From IMG/VR virus record IMGVR_UViG_3300027374_000001: a stretch of DNA of 64,000 bases; one strand, 5' to 3'. Shown here piece after piece: positions 20,592 through 29,676 of this stretch. Below the pieces are notes generated by a model. That model had not been told where the DNA came from. It searched no databases and worked only from the letters and a program-made list of their open reading frames with translations. The stretch is from a virus (lineage: Duplodnaviria > Caudoviricetes). Position numbers and translations under genes: made by a program. The first letter of the stretch is position 1; the number at the start of each line of letters is the position of its first letter.

Positions 20592-21308
20592 CTACATATC
20601 GTCTAATCTATCAAAAAATGACTTATTAGAATCTTTCTTTGGTAGTTCTCTAATTTTAATATTGTTTTCAGGTTGCGGTTGGTTTAAACCATAATTAGGA
20701 TTTTCAAAAGTATATAGATTTGTTCCAAATTCTGGGCGACCAACGTAATTAATTAAATTTTGCGCAGCCGCATACATATCTATTTGGTTCATCAGATAAA
20801 CAAATCCAGCAAATGCATTAATATGAATATCACTATATGTCTCAGTATTTACTAATGTCATTCTTATACCTTGTGACTGAACTTTCTGCTCGTCTTCAAT
20901 TATAATGGGTTCGAGCATCATTTCTTTTTTACATGTCAACCCATCTATTATGCATTTCTTTCTGTCTGTAATTATAAGATTATCTTTTTTAATAGCAAAC
21001 GTTCCATCACTAAACCATCTGAACGCTTCATTTATCTTCATCCTTAATAATAGAATATCCTTTATTGATATTATAACACTTTCCTTATTATGAAGATGGT
21101 CAATAGAAATATAATAATTAAAAGATCTTCTTATTGTATATAAAGTGCCAAAGTTGCTTTCATAGCCATATTCTTTATGAAAATGCTTTCTTTCATTATT
21201 ATATTTATTTGATAAACCGACAACCATTCTAACTACAATACTTTTTCCAAGCCAACAGAGGTCGTCGGATATCTTATCATAATCAAGGTATGTCATTCCC
21301 TGTTCCAT
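20592..21308 (-). CDS. hypothetical early protein with N-terminal QGMTY motif
   Basis: AGGAGG RBS, TATATTATA upstream. Confidence 0.65.
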   Translation of the reverse strand: MEQGMTYLDYDKISDDLCWLGKSIVVRMVVGLSNKYNNERKHFHKEYGYESNFGTLYTIRRSFNYYISIDHLHNKESVIISIKDILLLRMKINEAFRWFSDGTFAIKKDNLIITDRKKCIIDGLTCKKEMMLEPIIIEDEQKVQSQGIRMTLVNTETYSDIHINAFAGFVYLMNQIDMYAAAQNLINYVGRPEFGTNLYTFENPNYGLNQPQPENNIKIRELPKKDSNKSFFDRLDDM

Positions 21309-21359
21309 AACCAGACGACCTCCTTATTATATTTTTGTATTCATGAATATAATATATAA

Positions 21360-21443
21360 CTATTCATCATAAACCATCCCCCGAGTTAGTCCATAGTCAT
21401 AAATCATCCCGGGAGTTAAACCACAATTATATACCATTCCAGG
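21360..21443 (-). repeat. three tandem 30-bp (10-aa) coding repeats: PGMVYNCGLT/PGMIYDYGLT/RGMVYDE
   Basis: Visible in both DNA and translation at the helicase C-terminus. Confidence 0.85.
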
Positions 21444-22979
21444 TACATTCCAATTATAATAATTACGTTCTATGAATTCACGTATAGACCCAGCGTATAA
21501 ATCTAATAATTTACAGTCAATAAAATCATCAGTCATTATCATTTCTCTACAATCAGTAGCATATTTTAAGAATATAGGTTTCTTGAATCCATAATATTTT
21601 CTACATTGCGGAAATGATGTATCGACTAGTTCTATATATTCTGTATCGGAATCTCTGGTTCTCCCAAGAGTTTGTCTAGCTAATACTCCGGACTTGAATG
21701 GCTCAGCTAAAAGTATGGTTAATACTAACCCTTTAATATCTATTCCAGTACCCGCTGATTTGGTTGTGGACAGCATGATTCTTTTCTCTGTGTTTCTTTT
21801 TCGTTCCTCACTTGATACCAACGTGCTTAGAATACCAATATCGTTTTCTAACCATGAATAATTATGCACCATCCATTCATATACTTTTTGTATAGCTGCA
21901 TTGGTGCCTATATACATTAAACACTTGCCACCATTATTTGTTCTTTTGATAGCTATATCCATCATTATTCTTAATATGCTATAAAACTTAGGCTTAGAAA
22001 CCAGATAATCTACATACTTATTTCTATCTAAACCATATTGATTTTTACAGCTAGACATCTCTATAGCAGATGGATTAGATGAAAATTTAATAGCAGTGTA
22101 TCTAGTATGTGGATCAGTCTCTTCATCAAATAAATCTATTTGTGGAACATTCTTAAAGCTTAATTGATAAATCTTATCTTCATCTGTAGACGAACGTAAA
22201 GCTGTAGCAGTAAGATAGTAATTTTTATACACATTGGTAAAGAAATCTATCATTAACAGATTTTCAAAATTTTGATGTGCTTCATCGAATATCTTGATGC
22301 CTACCTTTAAATGCTTAACAAATTCTCCAACGGCTTCCCATCCGTTTGTCTTGGCATAACTTTCCAACGTTCCGTGCGTGATTAGATATATAACACCATC
22401 ATCTGAATCTTTGCTCAACAGCCTTTTAATATTAATAGAACCAGATACAATCTTGACCTGTTTATTTGTCAAATTGGTTATATTTAAGATTTCCTCTTTC
22501 CACTGTTCAATTAAATTTGTGGAGTACATAATTATCAAAGCCTTCATACGCAATATTGCTATTGTAGATATAGCAACATACGTTTTACCCTTCCCTGTGT
22601 TAAGATTTAATGATAACTGGCTTTTTGTTGCTGTAGACCTGTATTCTCCCCTTCCAACCATAAATCTCAGAGCTTGTTCCTGTACTTCGTCTCTTGGCAT
22701 TTTCTTTACTCTAAAATCGTTATATCTATCATATTTATATGCTTCATTCTTATGAATAATTGCTGTAGTATTTAATATAGACTCAAGATACCATATATCT
22801 ATCCCTCTTGGAAGGTAAAGCTTTTTGTTTTCCTTATCATAATAAATACCAAAATACCCATATGTCGTATAACTTACAGTAACTGGTATTCTTATTTTAA
22901 AATTATTTTGAAGTGTTAGACAACTGTCCCACTCGTAATCACTAATTACAATAGAAGTATTAAAAACGTCTACTTTCAT
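21360..22979 (-). CDS. SF2 DEAH helicase (UvsW-like)
   Basis: TGKGKT, DEAH, TAT, QTLGRTR motifs; start at MKVDV. Confidence 0.88.
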   Translation of the reverse strand: MKVDVFNTSIVISDYEWDSCLTLQNNFKIRIPVTVSYTTYGYFGIYYDKENKKLYLPRGIDIWYLESILNTTAIIHKNEAYKYDRYNDFRVKKMPRDEVQEQALRFMVGRGEYRSTATKSQLSLNLNTGKGKTYVAISTIAILRMKALIIMYSTNLIEQWKEEILNITNLTNKQVKIVSGSINIKRLLSKDSDDGVIYLITHGTLESYAKTNGWEAVGEFVKHLKVGIKIFDEAHQNFENLLMIDFFTNVYKNYYLTATALRSSTDEDKIYQLSFKNVPQIDLFDEETDPHTRYTAIKFSSNPSAIEMSSCKNQYGLDRNKYVDYLVSKPKFYSILRIMMDIAIKRTNNGGKCLMYIGTNAAIQKVYEWMVHNYSWLENDIGILSTLVSSEERKRNTEKRIMLSTTKSAGTGIDIKGLVLTILLAEPFKSGVLARQTLGRTRDSDTEYIELVDTSFPQCRKYYGFKKPIFLKYATDCREMIMTDDFIDCKLLDLYAGSIREFIERNYYNWNVPGMVYNCGLTPGMIYDYGLTRGMVYDE

Positions 22980-23038
22980 ATAATCACCCTTTAATCGAAA
23001 AATAATAGAGGTGGCACGTATGCACCACCTCAACACAT

Positions 23039-23596
23039 CTAACCCTGAATTCCATTTGCCTGTAACTCATCTTTAATTATACCAGCAATATTTGGGAAGT
23101 TTTTATATGCAAATTCCAATTCCATATTTCCAGAAATAATTTGATGAGCTATATATTTAGCAGTATTCTTTAAGGATTCCAATTGTTCATCAGAAAACTC
23201 AATATTGGCTTGTTCCCCTGCTTCTCCGACGCTTAAACTCTCCGTCTCCCCATCCAACGATATTAACTTTGCTGGCTCTAACGCAACTCCAATTCCAATA
23301 ATATTAGAAACTCCTACAAGAATCTCGTTCATAGTGTTCTCTATCAAATCCAATCTCTCTTTATCAGATAACGGAATGCCGACATATTCATAATAAATTT
23401 TTCTAGTATCTGGATTATACATAGCTATAGCCCTTCTACCAGTAATATTATTTGGCTCTGGAACTTCATCTACGAAAAAACCGGTCTTCTCCATCTCTTC
23501 TCTTGTTTCTCCAGTTCCTTGAACTGGATCAAATGGATTATAATGAATAGCAGTAACTCTTCTATTTCCATCAGTTTTAATATAAATATCTCCCAT
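23039..23596 (-). CDS. hypothetical, resembles Firmicutes phage tail-fibre-associated small proteins
   Basis: HYNPFD...G.T.EE....G..VD..PEP...YNP...YYEY pattern; start MGDIY after AGGAG; late promoter motif. Confidence 0.45.
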   Translation of the reverse strand: MGDIYIKTDGNRRVTAIHYNPFDPVQGTGETREEMEKTGFFVDEVPEPNNITGRRAIAMYNPDTRKIYYEYVGIPLSDKERLDLIENTMNEILVGVSNIIGIGVALEPAKLISLDGETESLSVGEAGEQANIEFSDEQLESLKNTAKYIAHQIISGNMELEFAYKNFPNIAGIIKDELQANGIQG

Positions 23597-23678
23597 AATT
23601 TTTCTCCTTTGATTTTGATTATCAAGATGTTTCTCGTACATTATAATAATAAATATAGAGAAAGGAGGTCATTGCGGT

Positions 23679-23915
23679 ATGAATAAAATACATTTTAACT
23701 ACAAAAAGGTAATACCAGATATAGCATTAAGTATTGCAATGGTATTATCTATCCCTTTAGCTTATTTATTTATGAAGATACTATTTCATCTCGTTATTGA
23801 TGATAATATAGTATCTTTCTTTTTTGTTTGTTTCATCTTAATAAAAATAATCTACAATATTTTTACAAGAATAGGAATCAATATATACGAGAAAAAGTTT
23901 GGAGTACAGCGATAA
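23679..23915 (+). CDS. small two-TM membrane protein
   Basis: AGGAGG RBS; hydrophobic. Confidence 0.6.
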   Translation: MNKIHFNYKKVIPDIALSIAMVLSIPLAYLFMKILFHLVIDDNIVSFFFVCFILIKIIYNIFTRIGINIYEKKFGVQR

Positions 23916-23932
23916 CCCGTACTCCATTATTT

Positions 23933-26095
23933 TTATAGCTTGAGGATATTGCTATAATTCACATTATCCTTTCCCATCCTCATTATTCCTACTGATTCTA
24001 CCGGGAAATTCTTAAGGTTGTAATTTGCTATATCTACATAGTCTATAAGCCTTGTTATCCAAACCGGAGTTGCTACATTTCTGGGAACAGCTATAGTATC
24101 TATTTTACCTTTGAGTACTTTAGATAAATCTGAATTCCCTTCAATAATTGTTTTTAATCTTTCGTATTCTTCCGGAAAATCATCTCTAATAGTTTCTACA
24201 GTGGTTGGATTAATGATTACCTTTACCACATCCAAATTGTTTTTAGCTGTTAGATCAATAGCCTCAAGTTCTGGGTCTTTAACTTCATTCCATATCAACG
24301 ATGCCTTGATTCCTTGTATTTTGAGTGGGTCGTCATATTTATTCATTGCTTTAAAACTTACCGGTTTATAAAATGTCTTTTCTCCATTTCTCAAAGATTC
24401 AAAAATCTTTGATTCAAATATAGCTAGGTCTTTAATTACTTTTACTTGATCTATTGTTTCTGGTTTAAGAATATCTTCATATAGTATTCTTTGCAGTTCT
24501 GATCTTGTCTCTGGTGCATATACATTTTTTTTCATTGTTAATCCGGTTATAGCACAGGATTCAGACTCTGGAACCATATTGCCTTCTTGTACCTCTACTT
24601 TAGCTGCATATGCTTTCTTAACTAAGGTCATCAATACTCTCCTAAAAGTAAACTCATTCTTGATAAACATAAGAGTTTTCCTTGTAGGATCATAGGAATT
24701 GCCCATCTTTGTATGTCCTTCAATATATTCATTACATAAAATTCCACAACAATGCCCTATAATATTAATTATAGAATATCTAAGATTATCCTGCGGTATA
24801 ACAACCATTGGATTTATCATTCTTTCTACTTCTATTACAGACTGGTCTTGAAAATTATAATCGTAATCTGGGTCTTCATATACCATTCCTCTTATTAGTT
24901 CTGGATTCCCCTGCCAATCATTTTCTACATATTCCATACCTTTTACAAAGACTTTCTTAATTTCCATTGGTATGTCTTTTACCTTGTCTAGAGTGTACTT
25001 ATAGAACCTATCGAAACAAACTATTGTAGAATCTGTATCTGATATGAGAGATACGTTCTTTATCATATGCGTATTTCTATCTATCCTATCAAGAATTTGA
25101 TAATTATAGAACACGTATTCTCTTAAAAGATCGCAGAATGTATCCATTTCTACTGATATCTCTTCTGGTACTTTATTCGGGTCAAGATACGGAACTTTCA
25201 TTGTCTTGAGAAGATAAATTAACGCTTTACTCATTACTTTATTATCCAAGAATGCATACAGGTTATTCTTATAATAAATCCTATTAAGATCTTCTTGAGA
25301 ACAATTTGAAAGTTGCTCAAATACTATGTCTAAATCTCTCTGTGATGGAATCCATTTAATTTTCCCTCTTCTGAAATCTCCACATGTAAGTATTATCTTA
25401 TTTAATACTTCATATATTCCTATATCTCTATCAAGAATATCTTTGTCGTCATAGTGCCTATTACCCCTTTCTGTTCTGACATTATCTATAAATGTAATTA
25501 TCTCTTCAAGAGAAGCAAACTTTACGTTATTCGACAGAAAGGCTTCAAAAAACATAATTGCTGAAGATATATAAGATCTTCCTTGGAAAGTTATACTAGC
25601 AGCAACGTGAAGATTATATAATACACAAGCAACACTTCCTAGCGCACCATAAATAGCATTAGTATCAACCTTGGCCAGCACTTGCAACAGATCATAATTT
25701 TCAAAATCTTCCGAACCCTTAATAAAGGTATTTCTAATTTGTTTAAACTTATCTCTATTAGTCATAAACATGTATATCAGTTTGGTTAATGGATTAAGCA
25801 CCCCGGAATCATGACGTTTAAACATAACTCCCCAAGCTGTTATGATAGGTTGCTTTTGATAAATGTAATCTGTCAATTCAGATAAAAGCATATCTACGGT
25901 TTTCTCTGAATAGTTATTATAGATGGTAGCAGGCTCTGCTTTGTACCTTTTCTCTATACTGTAGTCTAATGCTTTGTCAATATCATAATTAGTTAAATCT
26001 GGAAAATTCAATTTTATCATTCTCTTAAGTGCTATTTTATATCTAGATTGGATCCATTGATTTTTCTCTAATTCTTCTTTTACTGCAGTTACCAT
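23933..26095 (-). CDS. family B DNA polymerase, C-terminal part (motifs B and C)
   Basis: KVDTNAIYG (motif B), SDTDS (motif C), KKAY. Confidence 0.85.
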   Translation of the reverse strand: MVTAVKEELEKNQWIQSRYKIALKRMIKLNFPDLTNYDIDKALDYSIEKRYKAEPATIYNNYSEKTVDMLLSELTDYIYQKQPIITAWGVMFKRHDSGVLNPLTKLIYMFMTNRDKFKQIRNTFIKGSEDFENYDLLQVLAKVDTNAIYGALGSVACVLYNLHVAASITFQGRSYISSAIMFFEAFLSNNVKFASLEEIITFIDNVRTERGNRHYDDKDILDRDIGIYEVLNKIILTCGDFRRGKIKWIPSQRDLDIVFEQLSNCSQEDLNRIYYKNNLYAFLDNKVMSKALIYLLKTMKVPYLDPNKVPEEISVEMDTFCDLLREYVFYNYQILDRIDRNTHMIKNVSLISDTDSTIVCFDRFYKYTLDKVKDIPMEIKKVFVKGMEYVENDWQGNPELIRGMVYEDPDYDYNFQDQSVIEVERMINPMVVIPQDNLRYSIINIIGHCCGILCNEYIEGHTKMGNSYDPTRKTLMFIKNEFTFRRVLMTLVKKAYAAKVEVQEGNMVPESESCAITGLTMKKNVYAPETRSELQRILYEDILKPETIDQVKVIKDLAIFESKIFESLRNGEKTFYKPVSFKAMNKYDDPLKIQGIKASLIWNEVKDPELEAIDLTAKNNLDVVKVIINPTTVETIRDDFPEEYERLKTIIEGNSDLSKVLKGKIDTIAVPRNVATPVWITRLIDYVDIANYNLKNFPVESVGIMRMGKDNVNYSNILKL

Positions 26096-26098
26096 AAT

Positions 26099-26218
26099 TT
26101 AATCCTCCATGTGTTTTACAGTTCTAATAAGAATAAATGCTGCTCCTAATTGTCCGAACAATCCTACAATGATATGAAATATAACAGTCGTTATAAAATT
26201 AGTAATTCGATCACTCAT
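26099..26218 (-). CDS. 39-aa single-TM peptide not in the ORF track
   Basis: GGAGGAG RBS; MSDRITNFITTVIFHIIVGLFGQLGAAFILIRTVKHMED*. Confidence 0.6.
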   Translation of the reverse strand: MSDRITNFITTVIFHIIVGLFGQLGAAFILIRTVKHMED

Positions 26219-26299
26219 GTTTTCTCCTCCAATATAATAATATATTATTTAATTCAAAGTTCTGGAAAATGTAATTTTCTTATATACGCATATATAAGA

Positions 26300-26311
26300 A
26301 ACATATTGGTA
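26300..26311 (+). promoter_or_regulatory. late-type promoter AACA-N6-TA
   Basis: AACATATTGGTAA, identical to the site at 35894. Confidence 0.65.
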
Positions 26312-26366
26312 ATGTATATGGGTTGTAGTCCTTTACATAATTAAAAGAATAAGGAGGAAATTATAA

Positions 26367-26822
26367 ATGGGTATTTTTATCACAGGTTCAATTGCAGAAA
26401 CCATTTCAGATGTATTTAAGAATCCTAATAAGATATTTGAATCTTCTCTTATGATGGAGGCGATGAGCTGGACAGATGAGCAGATCAAAGAGTTTTGTGC
26501 TCCGGGAGGAATTGGAGAAGAGCTGGTAAGCGAAGGAAAGCTGTCCAAGAAGACAATCATGCGTTTGTCCAAGAAGGATGATTTGAGTAGACGTACAAAG
26601 AAGATGTGTCTTGATCTCGCTAGAGAAAACAATGACCCATTATGGGATCAGCTGGCAAAGAATAGAATCAAAGAAAGAGAGCTCATTGCAAAGATCGTTC
26701 ACAAGTACAGTAGCAAGGGAAGCCGCCTCGCAGTGCAGGCTCAGAAAGATTTCATCAAAAATTCAAGACTTCCGAAATCTTTCATGAGAGCCGGCGGAGA
26801 AGAAAGGGTTTCAAAAGATTGA
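26367..26822 (+). CDS. small basic late protein, probable head protein
   Basis: Late promoter motif, AGGAGG RBS, N-terminal xxE|S/A sites, terminator after. Confidence 0.55.
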   Translation: MGIFITGSIAETISDVFKNPNKIFESSLMMEAMSWTDEQIKEFCAPGGIGEELVSEGKLSKKTIMRLSKKDDLSRRTKKMCLDLARENNDPLWDQLAKNRIKERELIAKIVHKYSSKGSRLAVQAQKDFIKNSRLPKSFMRAGGEERVSKD

Positions 26823-26842
26823 TAAGTATAATAAGCAGCATA

Positions 26843-26868
26843 GGGCATGGGATAGAGTTCCCATGCCC
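26843..26868 (+). terminator. intrinsic terminator
   Basis: GGGCATGGGA/TCCCATGCCC stem and T-tract. Confidence 0.75.
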
Positions 26869-26886
26869 AAATTTTTGTTTCTATTA

Positions 26887-26895
26887 TATATTATA
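26887..26895 (+). promoter_or_regulatory. early-type promoter TATATTATA upstream of RNAP beta-prime gene
   Basis: Same 9-mer in sense orientation at 310, 7092, 21348, 44903, 60185. Confidence 0.55.
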
Positions 26896-26948
26896 AAAAA
26901 GAACATGATGCGAAACTTTATATTAATACAATAAAGGAGAGATACTAT

Positions 26949-29054
26949 ATGGAGGCACTATACGGATCAAATTTACAAAACTTTAAGAACTATGGGGTCT
27001 ATGTTCCTTTGGTTAAAAATGGAAATATCCAAATCTTTACAAAGGATATTAATAAGGACAACATTGACTCTCATTTCTATTCTATACTAAATATTCTTAG
27101 AGATGGAATAGAAACGGATTATGTACAGCATATGGCAATAAATATAATGTTTGCCGATAATGTGGATGTAACCTTATCAATATTTGATTATATGCTTAAT
27201 CTTATGATGTGGACGATGCCGGCAAAAACAGATGAGCAAATTACATCATATTATTTATTCTTTGACGACGTGTTTAATAAGCATCGTATTAAAGAATATA
27301 TTGATACCAAGTTTTTAAATAAAAACAGATCTAGGATATCAAATAAAAAATTATGTAATATTATAGACGATACTCTGTATAAACTTAGATACATTGATGA
27401 ATTTTCATTATATCTTTGCAACACCATCAATGATGAGGATACTATAGAGTTAATGAATGTGAACCAAGAATTTTATGATTGTGTTCACGCAGACCTATCA
27501 AAAACTCCAATAGAAGATGTGAAGAATGTGGGAATGGCCATAACCAATAAAGCCATTAATATCATGAAGAATTCTGAACATTGTCTGGGGAACTCATTTG
27601 CTGTGGGAGAAGGCATCAATCCTAAGCAATTTAGAGAGTTTGCCATTAATATTGGTACAGTTCCAGATGGGGATGGCGGTGCTTACCCCCATATAATAAA
27701 TTCTAGTTTCATAAACAAAGGGCTCAGTACGTTATCTGATATACTTCCAGAATCCGGTAAAGGAAGACAGGCTTTAATTATCTCTAAGAAAAATGTAGGA
27801 ACGTCTGGGGCTTTTGCTAGAATACTTGGATTAAACAACAGGGATACGAATCTTCACTCAAATCCTAATTATTCATGCGGCACAAAGAACTTCATAAAGA
27901 TTACTATATATAACGAAAAAGTATTAAAGATGTATAATAATCGGTATTATCGTTTTAGAGCCGATGGACCAGAAATGAAAATAAATTATCGTACCGATAA
28001 ACATCTGATAGGGCAAACTGTATTGTTTAGGAGCCCATGTACTTGTGCGTCTCATGCAAGAGGGGAAGGAATTTGTTATAGATGCTATGGCGACCTAGCA
28101 TATACAAATTACGATATAAATATCGGTACCATAGCAGCGGAGATACTATCATCAGAGTTAACACAAATGCTCTTATCCGCTAAGCATTTGCTGGAATCTA
28201 ATATCAAAAATCTCGATTGGTGTGATGAATTTTCTGATATATTTGATGTGAGTTATAACGCCATTCATATAAAAGATGATTTCGATTGTAAGAAATGGAC
28301 TCTAGAAATAGATACTGCATGTATGGATTTTGATGAAGAAGAAGAGGAAACTGTAAGATGGTTCAACGTGATAAGCCCAAAAGGAAAGGTTACTCAGATT
28401 TATCTAAAGAGTAATGATGAACTAATGCTTTCACAGGAGCTTTCTGATTTGGTTAAGTCTATGCCTGAGCCAACAGAAGGAAACTATATGATAGACATGG
28501 AGAAGCTAATAGACACAGATCTTTTCCTTGTTCATATTGCTAATAATGAACTTAGCGATACTCTTAACAAGGTTAAAGAGGTTATTAGCAAACTTCCAAA
28601 AGTAAATGGAATGACTAAAGACATTATTATTCAAGAATTTGTAAATGCAGTAATAAATGGCAATCTTTCTGTTTCTGCAGTTCATCTGGAAGTTATTATA
28701 GCTAATCAAATTAGATTAGGTCTTGATGACGATAAAGTTCTTGAAAATCCGGATTGGACCGATGAAAATGCAGAGTATGCATTGGTTAACCTCGATACTG
28801 CTTTGAAAAAGCATCCATCTATAACAGTAAGCTTAGAATATCAGAAAATTAGTAAGACACTGTATAATCCTTTGTCATATACCAAAACCGCTCCTTCACA
28901 GACCGATTTATATTTCATGCCTAGACCACAGGAATTTATGAATATGGAATCTCGCAAGGTGAAACTTTCTCCAGAAGAAGATGAAATGATAAAGGGTATG
29001 ATGTATATAGATGAAGAAGAAGAAATACTGCTTGCTCCGTCAAAAGATAAATAA
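26949..29054 (+). CDS. multisubunit RNA polymerase beta-prime C-terminal subunit (probably non-virion RNAP)
   Basis: VGTSGAFAR (bridge helix), RSPCTC...GICYRCYG zinc site, IGTIAAEILSSELTQMLLSAKH (trigger loop), HLEVI. Confidence 0.85.
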   Translation: MEALYGSNLQNFKNYGVYVPLVKNGNIQIFTKDINKDNIDSHFYSILNILRDGIETDYVQHMAINIMFADNVDVTLSIFDYMLNLMMWTMPAKTDEQITSYYLFFDDVFNKHRIKEYIDTKFLNKNRSRISNKKLCNIIDDTLYKLRYIDEFSLYLCNTINDEDTIELMNVNQEFYDCVHADLSKTPIEDVKNVGMAITNKAINIMKNSEHCLGNSFAVGEGINPKQFREFAINIGTVPDGDGGAYPHIINSSFINKGLSTLSDILPESGKGRQALIISKKNVGTSGAFARILGLNNRDTNLHSNPNYSCGTKNFIKITIYNEKVLKMYNNRYYRFRADGPEMKINYRTDKHLIGQTVLFRSPCTCASHARGEGICYRCYGDLAYTNYDINIGTIAAEILSSELTQMLLSAKHLLESNIKNLDWCDEFSDIFDVSYNAIHIKDDFDCKKWTLEIDTACMDFDEEEEETVRWFNVISPKGKVTQIYLKSNDELMLSQELSDLVKSMPEPTEGNYMIDMEKLIDTDLFLVHIANNELSDTLNKVKEVISKLPKVNGMTKDIIIQEFVNAVINGNLSVSAVHLEVIIANQIRLGLDDDKVLENPDWTDENAEYALVNLDTALKKHPSITVSLEYQKISKTLYNPLSYTKTAPSQTDLYFMPRPQEFMNMESRKVKLSPEEDEMIKGMMYIDEEEEILLAPSKDK

Positions 29055-29136
29055 CGTGAATTATACTTGTTTCACTTATATATCATATCTGTGAAATAAT
29101 AATATAGTTTGCGTATAGCAAAGAAAGGGGTAAAGT

Positions 29137-29550
29137 ATGAATAACAATTTAGCGAGGAATTATAATAAGGAGAGAAATTTCACAGTAATCAAAGGAAATG
29201 GCGGAGCAAAAAGGAAGAATCTAACTGAAAGTCAAAAACTAGCATTAATCTGTAAAGAGGTTAACAAGAGGTATATCAAACCAGAAACAAAAGCAGCCAA
29301 GAAATTATATAGAATACTAATAAAGAAATTGATTAGAAGAACTGATATAATGGTTAATTTACATATCAGACTATTCACATTAATTTCAATGATTCTTATG
29401 ATTTCTGGAGCAGCTATACTAGTAAAGATCAGTGGAAATACAGATATCGTGTTAGTCATTAAAAATATCATGATAGCAACAGTTATGATTCTTTCTGGTA
29501 TCAGCATCGGAATATATGATGTAAAGAATAAAAAGAGAAAATATAAATAA
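29137..29550 (+). CDS. membrane protein, basic N-terminus and two TM segments
   Basis: Hydrophobicity pattern. Confidence 0.6.
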   Translation: MNNNLARNYNKERNFTVIKGNGGAKRKNLTESQKLALICKEVNKRYIKPETKAAKKLYRILIKKLIRRTDIMVNLHIRLFTLISMILMISGAAILVKISGNTDIVLVIKNIMIATVMILSGISIGIYDVKNKKRKYK

Positions 29551-29637
29551 AAGTATGCTCGGGTGGGATAAACTCCTACCCGAGTTTATTTTTTGTTTAA
29601 GCCGCTTCATTTAACACCCCTAAACCCTCCTTTCCAG

Positions 29638-29649
29638 AACATCCATATA
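29638..29649 (+). promoter_or_regulatory. late-type promoter upstream of terL
   Basis: AACATCCATATAA. Confidence 0.65.
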
Positions 29650-29676
29650 ATTTTAATGGAAGGGAGGTAATTCATC

